Shown here: piece by piece, positions 1-64,000 of the stretch
How the letters are laid out: each line of letters opens with the position of its first letter
Position numbering within the stretch: position 1 is the first letter of the stretch
Origin: Phoronis australis
Taxonomy: Eukaryota; Animalia; Phoronida
Direction of reading: 5' to 3'
DNA: 64,000 nt
Assembly: GCA_002633005.1 (NCBI GenBank)
Contig: NMRA01000103.1
Coordinates: 899,612-963,611, forward strand
Program-made: the position numbers and the translations under genes
The notes under the pieces: model-generated
Told to the model about the DNA's origin: nothing
The model's database searches: none
The model's input: only the letters and a program-made list of their open reading frames with translations

Positions 1-816
1 GCGAAGTCTTGCTTTTTAGCGAGGTCCAGGCATTACTGAACGGGAGGCCGGTTTGCACACAGTGTAATTGACTTATATTTACATTTGAAACAAGCTTGCC
101 AAGTCTACAGCCATGTGCAACTTTGGAGAAAAACATATAAGAAAGCAATCAAGTATAGTCTCATGGTTGCTGCTCACAGTGTCTTCAATTTCTACATTTT
201 TAAAAGATTTCCAGGAAATAATTTTTGCTAGTTTCCCCAAAAAAGACAGGATGCATTTGCAGTGATTGTTAAAAAGTATGAAGTGAATGGATTGGACCCA
301 TAACAGGATTTAGCAATATTGTTCTTATATTTTGCTGTTTCATTGCCAGGGTTGAATTCTAACCAAAACCACTTTGTTGTCAAAAACATAACCACTCTTG
401 CAGAATGATTCATCAACTCAAGTCATAAGCAATGTGCACACACACCATCTTCCATTTGAAACACTTTGTTGAGTCACTAACAATTTTGATCTTATTGATT
501 ACATGGAAATAATGGTAATGAGTATAACAAGACTGATTTGAAGATCTAAACCAGATTCATTCATTTCTCATTTTTTCGCGGCGAAAATATTGAGGAAATG
601 CATTTTCAAGTATAATATCTCATGAGAATTCTGTCCCTTTAACCTTCGTTTTTCACGCATGAAAACTATTGGGTGTCTCAAAAACTGTTTCAAATGACAG
701 TAACTGGGACTGCACTGAAGTTTGAGCACATTTTTGGAGCACCATCATTTTCCGGATTTTCGAGATTTCCCGCCGCGAACAGTTACGATACTTCTGCACC
801 TTAAGTCAACACTTAC

Positions 817-62171
<61,355 letters not shown>

Positions 62172-62282
62172 GCAGAGAGAAACGATTTTTAGGAACTAAA
62201 ACAATCTAGTCCCGCTTTGCACGGCTTAGCCCGCAAAAGTGAAGATGGAAAGATGGACTTGTACCCTAGATAGTCAGTGGCA

Positions 62283-62375
62283 TTATCTTATCGCATATTA
62301 GTTAAATCTTCGAAAGACGACCCGAGGAGTGTCGCGAAGAAGATAAGTTTATATAAGATCATTGGGTTTTATAAG
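62283..62375 (-). promoter_or_regulatory. Candidate core promoter (TATA box, GATA motifs)
   Basis: Minus-strand TATATAAA at 62348-62355 and TATAAAA near 62367-62373, about 180-200 nt upstream of the ATG; GATA motifs at about 62283-62292 and 62341-62347. Confidence 0.35.
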
Positions 62376-64000
62376 ACGTTTACGTGCCATTTCAGACGTC
62401 AATTTTTAGAAACATCCATTGTCAACTGCCAGTTCTCTTTCTAACGCTTTCTCGGTTTAAACGTTCTGATGTTGCTTATGTGTTTTTTCTGAGAAATAAA
62501 ATGCGATGCGGTAACGTCGTAGGATAACGTATTGTCGTAGTGGATATCAATTTATGTAACATTGCGCTATCAGAAGCACATATTTGTTTTTCCAACGGCG
62601 CTTTTCAGTAATTTTCTATTTATCGCAACGTTTACGTAAATTTGGTCACAATTTCTATGGGGAGGGAGGGGAGGGGGGGTGTCGAGATGTGCCTCCCCCG
62701 GCCGATAACTGGAGAAAGAGAGATGAAGTTAGGTTGAATAGAACGTGTTAGCAATAAGAGATTCACTCAAATAAGAATTCCAAATTTGAGACCAGAAAAA
62801 ATTAAAGAAGTTTCACGTAAACTCTTTTGTGATAAATGTGCCCTACAGCTTAAGTGAAGATTTTAGAAATATTATTAGTCTTGTTGTCATTTTTCCTCAA
62901 AACAATTTTTTGATGATGGATTCTGCTTAACTGATATGAAAGAGGGGAATGTTTCGCTCGAATTGAATACTCTCGTGGCTGCACTCACGAGAGAGATACA
63001 GAGAGCGAAAAAGAGAAATAATACGTTTAGTGAAATACAATAAAAATACTGTTAGATATATATAAGCTGGATATCCTTAAAGGCAAAAACCGCATCATTG
63101 AGGGACTCCGAACAATACGATAATTCAGGTAAGCATAGGAACACATACAATAAGACGGAAAATTTTTGACTATTCATACAATACATTTGACATACGATTG
63201 GAAGACTGAAACACGGAATCAATACAATATTGTACTCGCACTTTGTGCTAATTAGGCTCAGATCAACTCATTTCAACAGTTACAGACTGAATGTTCGCCA
63301 AACAGTAATGTTTGTGAGAAAGTAAATGGTCACGCAATGAATGGCAGGGTGACTATTTTGAGGGGAGAGCTCCATTAATCTCGTCACAGAGGCACATGCC
63401 GTATTGAGTACGTAGACAATACATTTTTGTACTTGGCGCAACTCAAGTAAGAGCAACTTCACCAATAAAAATGTGTTAAAAATCTATTTTATTTATGGAA
63501 ATGTTCTCGAAAAAAATTAACGCAGAGCCACAGAGTGCAGCCAACCATGCAATAAATTAACCAACCTTCCACCCCCCACTCAAGAATTGAATAGTAGCGT
63601 CCGGTTTGCTAAATATTTTTACACTCGGTAGGGAAGTTTAGACACAGGAACAAAAGATTTAATCTAAGGATTGAATTTTCGTGAAACGTGTCTTCAATCA
63701 ATGCTTGAGGTTTTCGACAGGTTTATAAAAATCGTCACTTAGCGCTCAACGATGGGCAATGAATGACTGTTGCCAAAGTAAAACAATTAGTTGAAACCAT
63801 AACCGATATCTTTAGCAGAAAAAACAACGAAAAATAACAAAAGGACGGTCTCGGATAGAAACTTCCTTTGCCTTGGAGGTGGGAAAACACGTTCAGTTTG
63901 TTGCATTGCCGGATTCTAAGAATCATGTCGGAAAATAGCGCTTACACGGATACTTCCTCATCCAATTTTCTTCCGTCAAGACTTGCAACTAACAGCACAA

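Noticed and set aside
62400-64000. Upstream ORFs 63280-63465 and 63735-63926
   Set aside because: Short, with no protein features or splice support; treated as intergenic.

Overview
AT-rich animal (probably marine invertebrate) genomic DNA. Almost the whole window (817-62171, minus strand) is the 5' part of one very large spliced gene. I traced about 71 coding exons (about 12.4 kb CDS, about 4,100+ aa) with consistent intron phases; the gene runs off the left edge. The protein has a signal peptide, at least 23 tandem MAM domains, Thr/Pro-rich linkers and one internal FAMeT-like (Methyltransf_FA) domain. No LDLa or transmembrane segment is visible in the window. The MAM domains follow a [A-B-C]-linker triplet period, apparently with two triplet subtypes. 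Intron positions vary between repeats and include one GC-AG intron. There are three single-N positions: one flanks a 700-bp duplicated exon (probably allelic), one truncates MAM8/MAM9, and one lies inside a MITE. The introns hold MITEs, dispersed repeats, a 44-bp minisatellite and three degenerate Penelope-type minimal hammerhead-ribozyme-like motifs. All coordinates were read by eye and could be off by a base or two.
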